DNA of 32,000 nucleotides, taken from assembly GCF_002310835.1 (NCBI RefSeq), contig NZ_CP011041.1:1860001-1892000 (forward strand). The letters are read 5' to 3'. The notes below the pieces were generated by a model. It had not been told where the DNA came from. It saw only the letters and a program-made list of their open reading frames with translations, and made no database searches. The stretch comes from Pseudoalteromonas tetraodonis (GTDB lineage: Bacteria; Pseudomonadota; Gammaproteobacteria; Enterobacterales; Alteromonadaceae). A program made the translations under genes and the position numbers. Below, one piece after another: positions 9,069 to 16,657 of this stretch (the first letter of the stretch is position 1; each line of letters begins with the position of its first letter).

Positions 9069-9157
9069 GTTTTGTCCCTGCTATAAGTTAAGTATTTATT
9101 TGACTGTATAAATGCAGAGCCGTTCAAATGAGTGTGAAACAAAACATGTTTAGGGAT

Positions 9158-9182
9158 AGAGACATGCATAAAACATGTCTCT
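9158..9182 (-). terminator. Candidate terminator hairpin downstream of the DUF2999-like gene
   Basis: AGAGACATG / CATGTCTCT 9-bp perfect stem with a 7-nt loop. There is no clean U-run on either strand. Confidence 0.35.
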
Positions 9183-9191
9183 AAAGATAGT

Positions 9192-9446
9192 TTACTGCTG
9201 GTTTAACTTGTCTTTCGCTTCTTGTACTTTTGCAAAATCTAAACCTAATTCATCCGTTGCTTCTTTAATTAAATGAGGTTGGGTCATTACTACCGCCATC
9301 AATTGCTGAAGTTTTTCAGGTGGTATGCCCAGCTCTTGTACTAAAGCCATAGCCATCATTGGGTTTTGGGTAAATGCTTCAAATAATGCCGCTACTTTTT
9401 CATCGCTGACATTGTGCTCTTTTAATATTGCAATAATTGGATTCAT
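9192..9446 (-). CDS. Small conserved hypothetical protein (DUF2999-like)
   Basis: 84-aa helical acidic protein, MNPIIAILKEHNVSDEKV...LGLDFAKVQEAKDKL. It resembles the ~80-aa DUF2999 family of marine gammaproteobacteria; this is a memory-based call. Confidence 0.55.
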   Translation of the reverse strand: MNPIIAILKEHNVSDEKVAALFEAFTQNPMMAMALVQELGIPPEKLQQLMAVVMTQPHLIKEATDELGLDFAKVQEAKDKLNQQ

Positions 9447-9532
9447 TATTAACCTTAAAATCGAAATAGTTTGTTAAAGTATATGGCTTCATATAGGGAT
9501 TAACAATATTAATCCCTGTGGCATTACTTGTT

Positions 9533-10495
9533 TCACTCTACCAACAATACAACTTTACCTGAGTTTTCATTACCCTCTAAAATGGCATGTGCCTCACTAG
9601 CTTGTTGCCATGGCATGGTTTTATAAATATTAAAGTCATATTTCTGATTGGCAATATCATCATAAAAGCGCGCTACAAATGCATCTCTTAACGCACGCTT
9701 AAACGCGATACTGCGATTACGTAATGTGGAGGCATGAAACGAAATACGTTTTTGTAATAAGCGTGCAAAATCGACTTCGGCAAAGCGACTATCTAAAAAT
9801 GCGAGCATCACAATCTGACAATCCATTGCGGCCACTTTGGCATTTTTATTCAAATAGCGGCCAGAAACCGGATCGACTATGGCGTTTGCACTTAAGTTAT
9901 GTGCCTTCATATATTCAACAAAATCAGTGGTTTTATAATTAATCACATGGTCAGCACCCAAGCTTTTAGCGTGTTCACATTTTTCATCAGACCCTGCTGT
10001 TATTACCACCTGTGCACCGGCACTTTTTGCCATTTGAATAGCCGCTCCGCCTACGCCACTGGCACCGGCATGAATAAGCGCCGTTTGCCCTGATTGTAGT
10101 TTTCCTAACTCAAAGAGTGCACCAAAGGCAGTTAAATACACTTCACTAATAGCAGCACCTTGTGCCATAGAAATATTATCTGGCAATTCTATTAATTGCT
10201 GCGCATCTACCGCGACATATTCACTGTAAGCACCTCCAGCACATAGAGTAAAAATACGCTTATCTTGCCATTTAGGGTCTACCTCACTGCCAAGCTCACA
10301 CACGGTACCTGCACATTCGAGTCCTAGAATAGGGCTATCCCCTTCAGGAGCAGGATACTTACCTTGACGCTGCATACAATCGGCACGGTTAACGCCAATC
10401 GCTGCTACTTTTACCAATACTTCATTACTGCTAATCTGCGGCTTATCGGTTTGTTCAAACGCTAATTGCTGATCTTGATGTGAAATGTACTGCAT
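9533..10495 (-). CDS. qor: NAD(P)H:quinone oxidoreductase, zeta-crystallin/PIG3-type medium-chain dehydrogenase
   Basis: 320 aa with the MDR fold: VKVAAIGVNRADCMQRQGKYP, the nucleotide-binding site IHAGASGVGGAAIQMAK and C-terminal GKVVL. Confidence 0.85.
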   Translation of the reverse strand: MQYISHQDQQLAFEQTDKPQISSNEVLVKVAAIGVNRADCMQRQGKYPAPEGDSPILGLECAGTVCELGSEVDPKWQDKRIFTLCAGGAYSEYVAVDAQQLIELPDNISMAQGAAISEVYLTAFGALFELGKLQSGQTALIHAGASGVGGAAIQMAKSAGAQVVITAGSDEKCEHAKSLGADHVINYKTTDFVEYMKAHNLSANAIVDPVSGRYLNKNAKVAAMDCQIVMLAFLDSRFAEVDFARLLQKRISFHASTLRNRSIAFKRALRDAFVARFYDDIANQKYDFNIYKTMPWQQASEAHAILEGNENSGKVVLLVE

Positions 10496-10746
10496 AAATC
10501 TCCTCGTATTTTATTCTATTTGATTTTCGCCATACTTCGGCTTCAACTAACTCGTTATTTTCTGTGTAATATATTTAAAGTGTGTAGTGGTTAGTAATTT
10601 TATTGATGTAACCTCGGGGTTTTAGCACTGGCAAACACAAAGCCTGACAAAAAAAGCGAAGCCAACTAATTTAAACTCATAATACTCCTTTTGGAGTTAA
10701 CAGCGCCTTAAGCACAAAAATTCAGTGCTGATTTAATCAGTTTATT

Positions 10747-10887
10747 GGCCTTTGTGGACTAACCTTTGTTCAATTCAGACCGAACTCGTTGGGCAGTACA
10801 TGTTCTGCATTTATGCTGCGTTATCAGCAATTGCTGGGGAAGCATTGCCTAAAAACACAACTTCAAATTTAACCTTGAAAGATAAAC
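10747..10887. repeat. Short-form copy (~140 bp) of the 8763-9027 repeat family; further degenerate fragments may extend back to ~10600
   Basis: Ungapped hand alignment: 10791-10841 vs 8896-8946 is 40/51 identical, and 10864-10887 vs 8997-9020 is 21/24 identical. It lacks the 8800-8884 hairpin module and about 28 nt of the 8947-8996 segment. Confidence 0.55.
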
Positions 10888-10891
10888 AAAA

Positions 10892-12673
10892 CTATAAATT
10901 ATTAAAGCGCCAGCTTTGTTTATAAGGATATACATCAGGAAGCTGACCTTGCTCAATACCTTGCTGAGTCATTTGCCAGTACTTTGCCGTAAATAAATCA
11001 CTATGATAATGATTAAAATGGCTAAAGGCACTGCTGCTGGCACTAAAAAACACCTTAAATTGACTCGGGAATATATCATTTTGGTCTATATCAAAATAAG
11101 AATGTGAGCTTATTTCCTCTAACGCGTTGTCAGTATTTGGCACTTCTCTAAAATTACAATCAGTAAGAGGGCAAATTTCATCGTAATCATAAAATACCAC
11201 TCGCCCCCAACGTGTCACGCCAAAGTTTTTCATTAGCATGTCACCGGCAAAAATATTAGCACTGGCAAGCTCTTTAATCGCTTTACCATAATCAACCATC
11301 ACCTGCTGCAGTGATTTACTGCTACATTGACCGATATATAAATTAAGCGGTGTCATTTTTCGCTCAACATAGACATGTTTGAGTATTAACGCTTTACCCG
11401 AAATAATTAAGCTATCACCAATGTGTTTTTTCATTTGTGTAAGCAGTTCATCACTAAAACGACTTAAATCAAAGGCTAGGTATCTAAATTCATGAGTATC
11501 AACTAATCGCCCTACTCTATCAGCCTGTTTTACAAAGTTATATTTATCTTTTACCTGCTGTTTTGTCGCCGTTTTTGGTGCACTAAATTTATCTTTTATT
11601 ACTTTGTACACATAGTCTAGGCCATCAATTGTAAAAACAAGCATCACCATACCTGGTGTACCTGGCGCTAAATGATATTTATATTGCTCGGGGCTACTTT
11701 TAGTCGTATCCACCTTATAGCGATAAAATTCTGTTTTCGCATGTTTAATAAAACCTATCGCATTAAACAATTCAAACCGTTGTTTGTGAGGCATTAACAC
11801 ACTTAAGTAATCTACATACCTTGCAGGTTGGTCGGTATCTACCATAAAGTACGTGCGCGCAAAGCCAAATAACAAGCTCAGCTGATCAGCACCCATCATC
11901 ACAGCATCAATTGTAAGCCCGTCAGGGGTATTTAAAATGGCTATTGCAAAGGGCATATTATCGCCATTTTTAGCAATACATCGTCCTATTACATAACACG
12001 CTTTATTTCGGTAAAAGTGTGAATTGGCGTACTCAATATAGCCGTCATTTAAACTTATTAGCTCATACACTTGTCTGCATTGTTGCTGCGCCCCTTGGGT
12101 TAACGTTGCTTGTAGTTTAGCTAAGTCCTCGTTTAAATTTTTAAATGGCACTCTAAACACTTGTTCATTGACTAAAGTTTTAACTGCGCTATCAAAGCCT
12201 TCTTTTAAGGAAATACGACTCACAAGCCCTTCATAAGAACGTGGTTGCCCCCGGTACTTTGCTTTTAAGACAAATAAATGCACCGTACGAATTTTTTTAT
12301 CATCCCAAATAGCGCCAAAAGTAGAATTAAAAAACGTATGTGCAATTGGCTGGTTTTCATGCTCTTTAACCATTTCGCCATAAATATTTTTTGCTCGTTG
12401 CCATGTTTGTGGGCAGTTTAGTTCATCATAGGCAATCACTTTAACGGCCTCACTCACCTGCTTTACTTGACGCTCATACACTTGCAAGCGCGCTCGCATT
12501 GCCGCTTGCACCTCATGATATTGGCGTTGTTCAAAGCGACTTTGTGCCCCTAAGGTAATATTTAAGAACTGTGCAAACATAGCTTCAAAGCCAGCAAATA
12601 CAGCGCGTGCTAACTTAGTGGCTATGAGTTCTTGTATAGGATTGTGGGTAGACGTTAACGACGTGCTAGGCAT
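10892..12673 (-). CDS. aceK: Isocitrate dehydrogenase kinase/phosphatase
   Basis: 593 aa, colinear with E. coli AceK as I remember it. Shared strings include GFARSYFMV, GMVMLVFT, VFKVIKD-like (YKVIKDKF), DRVGR, FGVTRWGRVVFYDYDEI and DIFPSQF. Confidence 0.95.
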   Translation of the reverse strand: MPSTSLTSTHNPIQELIATKLARAVFAGFEAMFAQFLNITLGAQSRFEQRQYHEVQAAMRARLQVYERQVKQVSEAVKVIAYDELNCPQTWQRAKNIYGEMVKEHENQPIAHTFFNSTFGAIWDDKKIRTVHLFVLKAKYRGQPRSYEGLVSRISLKEGFDSAVKTLVNEQVFRVPFKNLNEDLAKLQATLTQGAQQQCRQVYELISLNDGYIEYANSHFYRNKACYVIGRCIAKNGDNMPFAIAILNTPDGLTIDAVMMGADQLSLLFGFARTYFMVDTDQPARYVDYLSVLMPHKQRFELFNAIGFIKHAKTEFYRYKVDTTKSSPEQYKYHLAPGTPGMVMLVFTIDGLDYVYKVIKDKFSAPKTATKQQVKDKYNFVKQADRVGRLVDTHEFRYLAFDLSRFSDELLTQMKKHIGDSLIISGKALILKHVYVERKMTPLNLYIGQCSSKSLQQVMVDYGKAIKELASANIFAGDMLMKNFGVTRWGRVVFYDYDEICPLTDCNFREVPNTDNALEEISSHSYFDIDQNDIFPSQFKVFFSASSSAFSHFNHYHSDLFTAKYWQMTQQGIEQGQLPDVYPYKQSWRFNNL

Positions 12674-12790
12674 AGTATAGGCGCTTCTATTTTTAGCAAT
12701 TATGCTGATTATTTTTTATTAGAGGTTTACACCTTAGCAAGCACGCTTTAATTTAGATAATTAATACAGCAAATAAATAAAATTGATCAT

Positions 12791-13738
12791 ATGAATATAA
12801 GAAATGTCGATCTCAACCTACTCGTCTATTTAAATGTATTAATAGATGAAAAAAGTGTGTCTAAAGCGGCCAATAAACTCGCATTAACACAACCGGCTAT
12901 GAGCAATGCGTTAAAACGCCTAAGAGACTTATTTGACGATCCTTTGCTTGTTCGTGCAGCTGGCTCCATGACCCCAACAGCTAAAGCCCTTGCCCTTAAG
13001 CCCGAAATTGAAGCGCTGTTAAAAATGGCAGAAGAGATCACGCAGCCCAGTGAGCAGTTTAATCCGGCTACCGCCAACGTGACGTTTCGTATTATGGCAA
13101 ACGATTATATAGAATCGACGCTAATTGCCCCCTTTATTTGCGAGCAGCTAGCTAAAAATCCGGGCATTGACTTCGATGTACTTAGCCCCAGCGACGTTAA
13201 CCTACAGGATATGGAAAAAGGCACTATCGATTTGGCAATAAACCGTTTTAATGGTCTGCCGCGCTCTTTTCATCAAGCTACTGTATGGCGAGATAACTAC
13301 TGTTGTTTAACCCATCCACATAATCCATTTTTAAACGATGCAAACTTAGACCAATACTTAAAAAGTGAACATATTTGGGTTAATCGAGCCGGCTGGGGCC
13401 CCGAACCCGCTGTGACCAATAAATCAGGTAAACAAAAATTAGGCTGGGTCGATGAAGCATTATGGCAATTAGAACAAACACGTAAAATACGCGTATTTAC
13501 TCGTCATTACATGATTGCCAGTTTACTGTGTCAATCTGAGCAACTCATTGCAACCCTTCCGCGTCGTCAAGCAAAGCTTTTAACTAGCCATACTAATTTA
13601 GTGATTAGCCCTGTGCCATTTCAAATCGTCCCCATAGAAGTAAAAATGATATGGAGCCCGTTATTACACCATACGCCAGCGCACCAATGGCTTAGACGCG
13701 AGTTGTTGGCGTTTGCAAATACAGTGATTGATAGGTAA
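12791..13738 (+). CDS. LysR-family transcriptional regulator
   Basis: N-terminal wHTH LNLLVYLNVLIDEKSVSKAANKLALTQPAMSNALKRLR plus a ~200-aa LysR substrate-binding domain. It is divergent from aceK. Confidence 0.9.
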   Translation: MNIRNVDLNLLVYLNVLIDEKSVSKAANKLALTQPAMSNALKRLRDLFDDPLLVRAAGSMTPTAKALALKPEIEALLKMAEEITQPSEQFNPATANVTFRIMANDYIESTLIAPFICEQLAKNPGIDFDVLSPSDVNLQDMEKGTIDLAINRFNGLPRSFHQATVWRDNYCCLTHPHNPFLNDANLDQYLKSEHIWVNRAGWGPEPAVTNKSGKQKLGWVDEALWQLEQTRKIRVFTRHYMIASLLCQSEQLIATLPRRQAKLLTSHTNLVISPVPFQIVPIEVKMIWSPLLHHTPAHQWLRRELLAFANTVIDR

Positions 13739-13747
13739 AGAATTAAA

Positions 13748-13766
13748 ATATTGATCAAATCAATAT
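13748..13766. promoter_or_regulatory. Palindrome ATATTGAT-CAA-ATCAATAT containing a T-N11-A LysR-type box
   Basis: Read directly: perfect 8-bp arms with a 3-bp spacer. It lies 10 bp after the LysR stop and ~80 bp upstream of the 13848 ORF. The functional assignment is inferred. Confidence 0.4.
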
Positions 13767-13847
13767 CAGTTATTGAAAACAACAATTTCATTAATATTAC
13801 ACTTAGCGCTACAGTGAAGTTAAGCCAACAAACTAAGAGTAATAATT

Positions 13848-14294
13848 ATGCAAACATCAGCAAGCTTCACACAACAAGACGGATTATTCATTGATGCAAA
13901 TTTACATCAATTCATTGAACAACAATTGTGTCGTAAAACAACACTTCAAACGCAACACGTTTACCAAGCGTTAGCCACGTTAGTTGATGAGTTTGGGTGT
14001 GCATGTCGTAAAACAAAACACCATGAAAACGACATTCTCGACGTGAATACTTTATTAAATGCATATCAACGTAAAAGTCATCCACATTGTCATGTCGATG
14101 CACAAACAACCGCAGCCGTTCTAGATGAATACTGTTGCCAAGTGCCTGCAATTATTGTGGTTGCTTTAATGGATACGCTTAGTGGCACACTCTGTGATGA
14201 GCCAAGCGCCCATAAACTTTACCACAGAGCTGCAGAGCTGACAGAGCGTCCATGCGTTCATCGCGAGCAAACAGCTAACGCCTCTGCAGCGTAA
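13848..14294 (+). CDS. Orphan Cys/His/Gln/Thr-rich hypothetical protein; possibly a malate synthase G N-terminal relic
   Basis: 148-aa ORF with AAGAG 8 nt upstream of the ATG. GLFIDANLHQFIEQQL...LATLVDEFG resembles the MSG N-terminus ([22 protein letters not shown]...IVHDLAP, from memory). The composition is atypical for a folded protein. Confidence 0.35.
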   Translation: MQTSASFTQQDGLFIDANLHQFIEQQLCRKTTLQTQHVYQALATLVDEFGCACRKTKHHENDILDVNTLLNAYQRKSHPHCHVDAQTTAAVLDEYCCQVPAIIVVALMDTLSGTLCDEPSAHKLYHRAAELTERPCVHREQTANASAA

Positions 14295-14305
14295 AATGCT
14301 GCCCT

Positions 14306-15556
14306 TTAAAAGTGCTCGATAACCTTGTTGGCAAATTGTTTGCAACTTAAGGTTGTCGAGTTATGATTTGATTGAGCTAAATCAAATGTAACCTGTCCAC
14401 TGGCAAATGTGCTTTCAAGCGCGTTTTCAATTAAACAAGCAGCCTCACTCCATCCCATAAACTTAAGCATTAGCACCGCACTTAATAAGCTACTGCTCGG
14501 ATTTGCCTTATCTTGCCCTGCTATGCGCTCAAATGTACCATGTGTGGGTTCAAAAAAAGCAACTTCGGTATTTAAGTTTGCCGTCGGCATAATCCCTACT
14601 CCACCGACTTGTGCACTGAGCATATCGGCTAAAAAGTCTCCGTTTTGATTAGTGGTGGCCACCACATCAAATTGAGCAGGATCCATTAAACACTGCTGAA
14701 GCATATTATCGGCAATTACTTCTTTAATAACCAGCGGCGGTAAATCAGCACGTTGTATTTCAAGCCAGCGCCCGTTTTGATGCTCAACGGCAGCGTATTC
14801 ATGTCTGGCCAGTGCAAATCCCCAGCGCTTAAATGCGCCATCGGTGAACTTAAGTACATTACCTTTGTGAACTAAAGTGAGTGATTCACTATTATTTTTT
14901 AGGGCATAATTAATTGCATAGCGTATTAATCGCTCTGATCCCTCTTTAGAGATATTTTTAATACCTAAACCACACTCTTGGGTAAAACGAAGCCGAGTTA
15001 CGCCCATTTCTTCACATAAAAAATCGAGCATTTTTTCACTTTCAACACTGCCCGCTTGCCACTCAATTCCTGAGTACACATCTTCACTGCTATCACGCAG
15101 CACGGTAATATGCGTGGTAAATGGGTTTTTTAATGGTGACGGTAATGCACTAAATCCTTTAATGGTTCGCATATTTACATACAAATCCATTTCATGACGA
15201 AGCGCGACATTTAGCGAGCGAAATCCGCCTCCAAGCGGTGTTGTTAAAGGGCCTTTAATCGCGATTTTACAATCTCGTACTGCATTAATCGTTTCTTGAG
15301 GGAACCAATCACCGTCATAAAGCTTGGCAGCTTGCTCACCATTGTAAACTTGCATCCAATGAATTTTTCGTCTTGCGCCATAACTATGCTCTATGGCGGC
15401 ATCCACTACTTTTCGCATCACTGGCATCACATCGAGGCCGACGCCATCACCATCAATATAAGCAATAATAGGGTGTTCGGGTATATGCCACTGTCCTTGT
15501 TCATCAATAAGTATATGTTCACCATTTTCTGGCACAGTAATATGTTGATATTGCAT
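14306..15556 (-). CDS. icd: NADP-dependent isocitrate dehydrogenase, homodimeric type
   Basis: Colinear with E. coli Icd. It contains IKGPLTTPLGGGFRSLNVALR, including the Ser equivalent to the AceK target Ser113. I prefer ATG 15556 (MQYQHITVPENG, AGGTG 6 nt upstream) to the track GTG at 15565, which lies inside the SD. Confidence 0.95.
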   Translation of the reverse strand: MQYQHITVPENGEHILIDEQGQWHIPEHPIIAYIDGDGVGLDVMPVMRKVVDAAIEHSYGARRKIHWMQVYNGEQAAKLYDGDWFPQETINAVRDCKIAIKGPLTTPLGGGFRSLNVALRHEMDLYVNMRTIKGFSALPSPLKNPFTTHITVLRDSSEDVYSGIEWQAGSVESEKMLDFLCEEMGVTRLRFTQECGLGIKNISKEGSERLIRYAINYALKNNSESLTLVHKGNVLKFTDGAFKRWGFALARHEYAAVEHQNGRWLEIQRADLPPLVIKEVIADNMLQQCLMDPAQFDVVATTNQNGDFLADMLSAQVGGVGIMPTANLNTEVAFFEPTHGTFERIAGQDKANPSSSLLSAVLMLKFMGWSEAACLIENALESTFASGQVTFDLAQSNHNSTTLSCKQFANKVIEHF

Positions 15557-15819
15557 TGTTAACACCTAGAAAAACATCCTCTTTCCATTAAAGCATGTTC
15601 GTTAATAGGTGTCTGTAATTGCATTTTTATAATTGATATCACCGCAGCGAATAACTGCACGGTATTCACTATTAGTAAAAATAAGGGAACGATTTTTTAA
15701 TAAAGGTGGCATCAGGCATTTTATTTAACACCCGACCAAATAGAACATTACTGAGTAGAGCATAACTGCAGATTAATTTTAACCACCGGATGATTATAAA
15801 ATTAACCTGCTAAGTGAGA

Positions 15820-16560
15820 TTATTTATAATAGGCAAATAAGTATTTATTGAAACTATATTGGCTTTGTATAACCGCAATAACAAATCCTGCTTTACCATC
15901 TAAAAAGCCACGTCTTAAAAAATAATGGCGGATAAAAGCAAAAAAAGCGGAACTACTTGCCTTCAAGAGTGATGGTTTTTTACCCTTATTTACCATTTGC
16001 TCTGCACCTATGTGCGCATAATGATTTCTTTTATTCATATAGCCAAAAATATCTTCATGCTGAAAATGTAATATATTTTCTTTCAACTCAATTGGTTTAC
16101 AATCAAGCATTACAACAGACTCATGCACTAAGTTTTGGTTATAACCTGTTATTTTTTTATTGTAGATACGCGCAATACGATCAGGATACCAGCCGCTGTG
16201 TCGAATAAATTGGCCACAAAAATACGTTAAACGGTTAAGCTTTAAAATATTTTTCTCATTGCATTTTGCCAATGTCGTTATTATTTCTTCCTTTAAACGC
16301 TCACTGACAACTTCATCACAGTCAATTGCAAAAATCCAATCGTTAGTTGCTAATGCTTCTGCCCTTCGTCTTTGCTCACCAAACCCTTGCCAGTCATCAC
16401 GCACAAATACTTTATCTGTGTATTTATTTGCAATAGCACGTGTTTCATCAGTGCTACCTGAATCAAGTACAATGATTTCATCTGCCCACTTTACTGACTC
16501 TAAACAACGCTCAATTTTATCCTTTTCATTTTTACATATAATACAAACAGATAGCTTCAC
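15820..16560 (-). CDS. Family 2 glycosyltransferase (LPS core WaaE/KdtX-like)
   Basis: 246 aa. LSVCIICKNEKDKIERCLESV...IVLDSGSTDET...DCDE are the GT-A / GT2 DxD-type motifs. GTG start with AAGGA 6 nt upstream. Confidence 0.85.
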   Translation of the reverse strand: MKLSVCIICKNEKDKIERCLESVKWADEIIVLDSGSTDETRAIANKYTDKVFVRDDWQGFGEQRRRAEALATNDWIFAIDCDEVVSERLKEEIITTLAKCNEKNILKLNRLTYFCGQFIRHSGWYPDRIARIYNKKITGYNQNLVHESVVMLDCKPIELKENILHFQHEDIFGYMNKRNHYAHIGAEQMVNKGKKPSLLKASSSAFFAFIRHYFLRRGFLDGKAGFVIAVIQSQYSFNKYLFAYYK

Positions 16561-16657
16561 AAAATTTCCTTTTTAATAACGCTGTATTTTAAAAATTATC
16601 TTCCTATTATAAACAGATCATAACAACACAGGAAACAAGGCTTTAAAAAGTATGGTT

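Noticed and set aside
8763-10887. CRISPR-like array, suggested by the recurring similar sequences
   Set aside because: There are only isolated copies 1.7 kb or more apart, with different lengths. There are no short direct repeats at regular spacing and no cas genes.
12826-15562. Antisense ORFs 12826-13077, 13912-14151, 14409-14648 and 15296-15562
   Set aside because: Each is antisense to a better-supported gene (LysR or icd) or to the orphan ORF. None has a recognisable motif.
15957-16576. Plus-strand ORFs 15957-16208 and 16259-16576 inside the GT2 gene
   Set aside because: They are antisense to a glycosyltransferase ORF with clear GT2 motifs. They are shadow ORFs.
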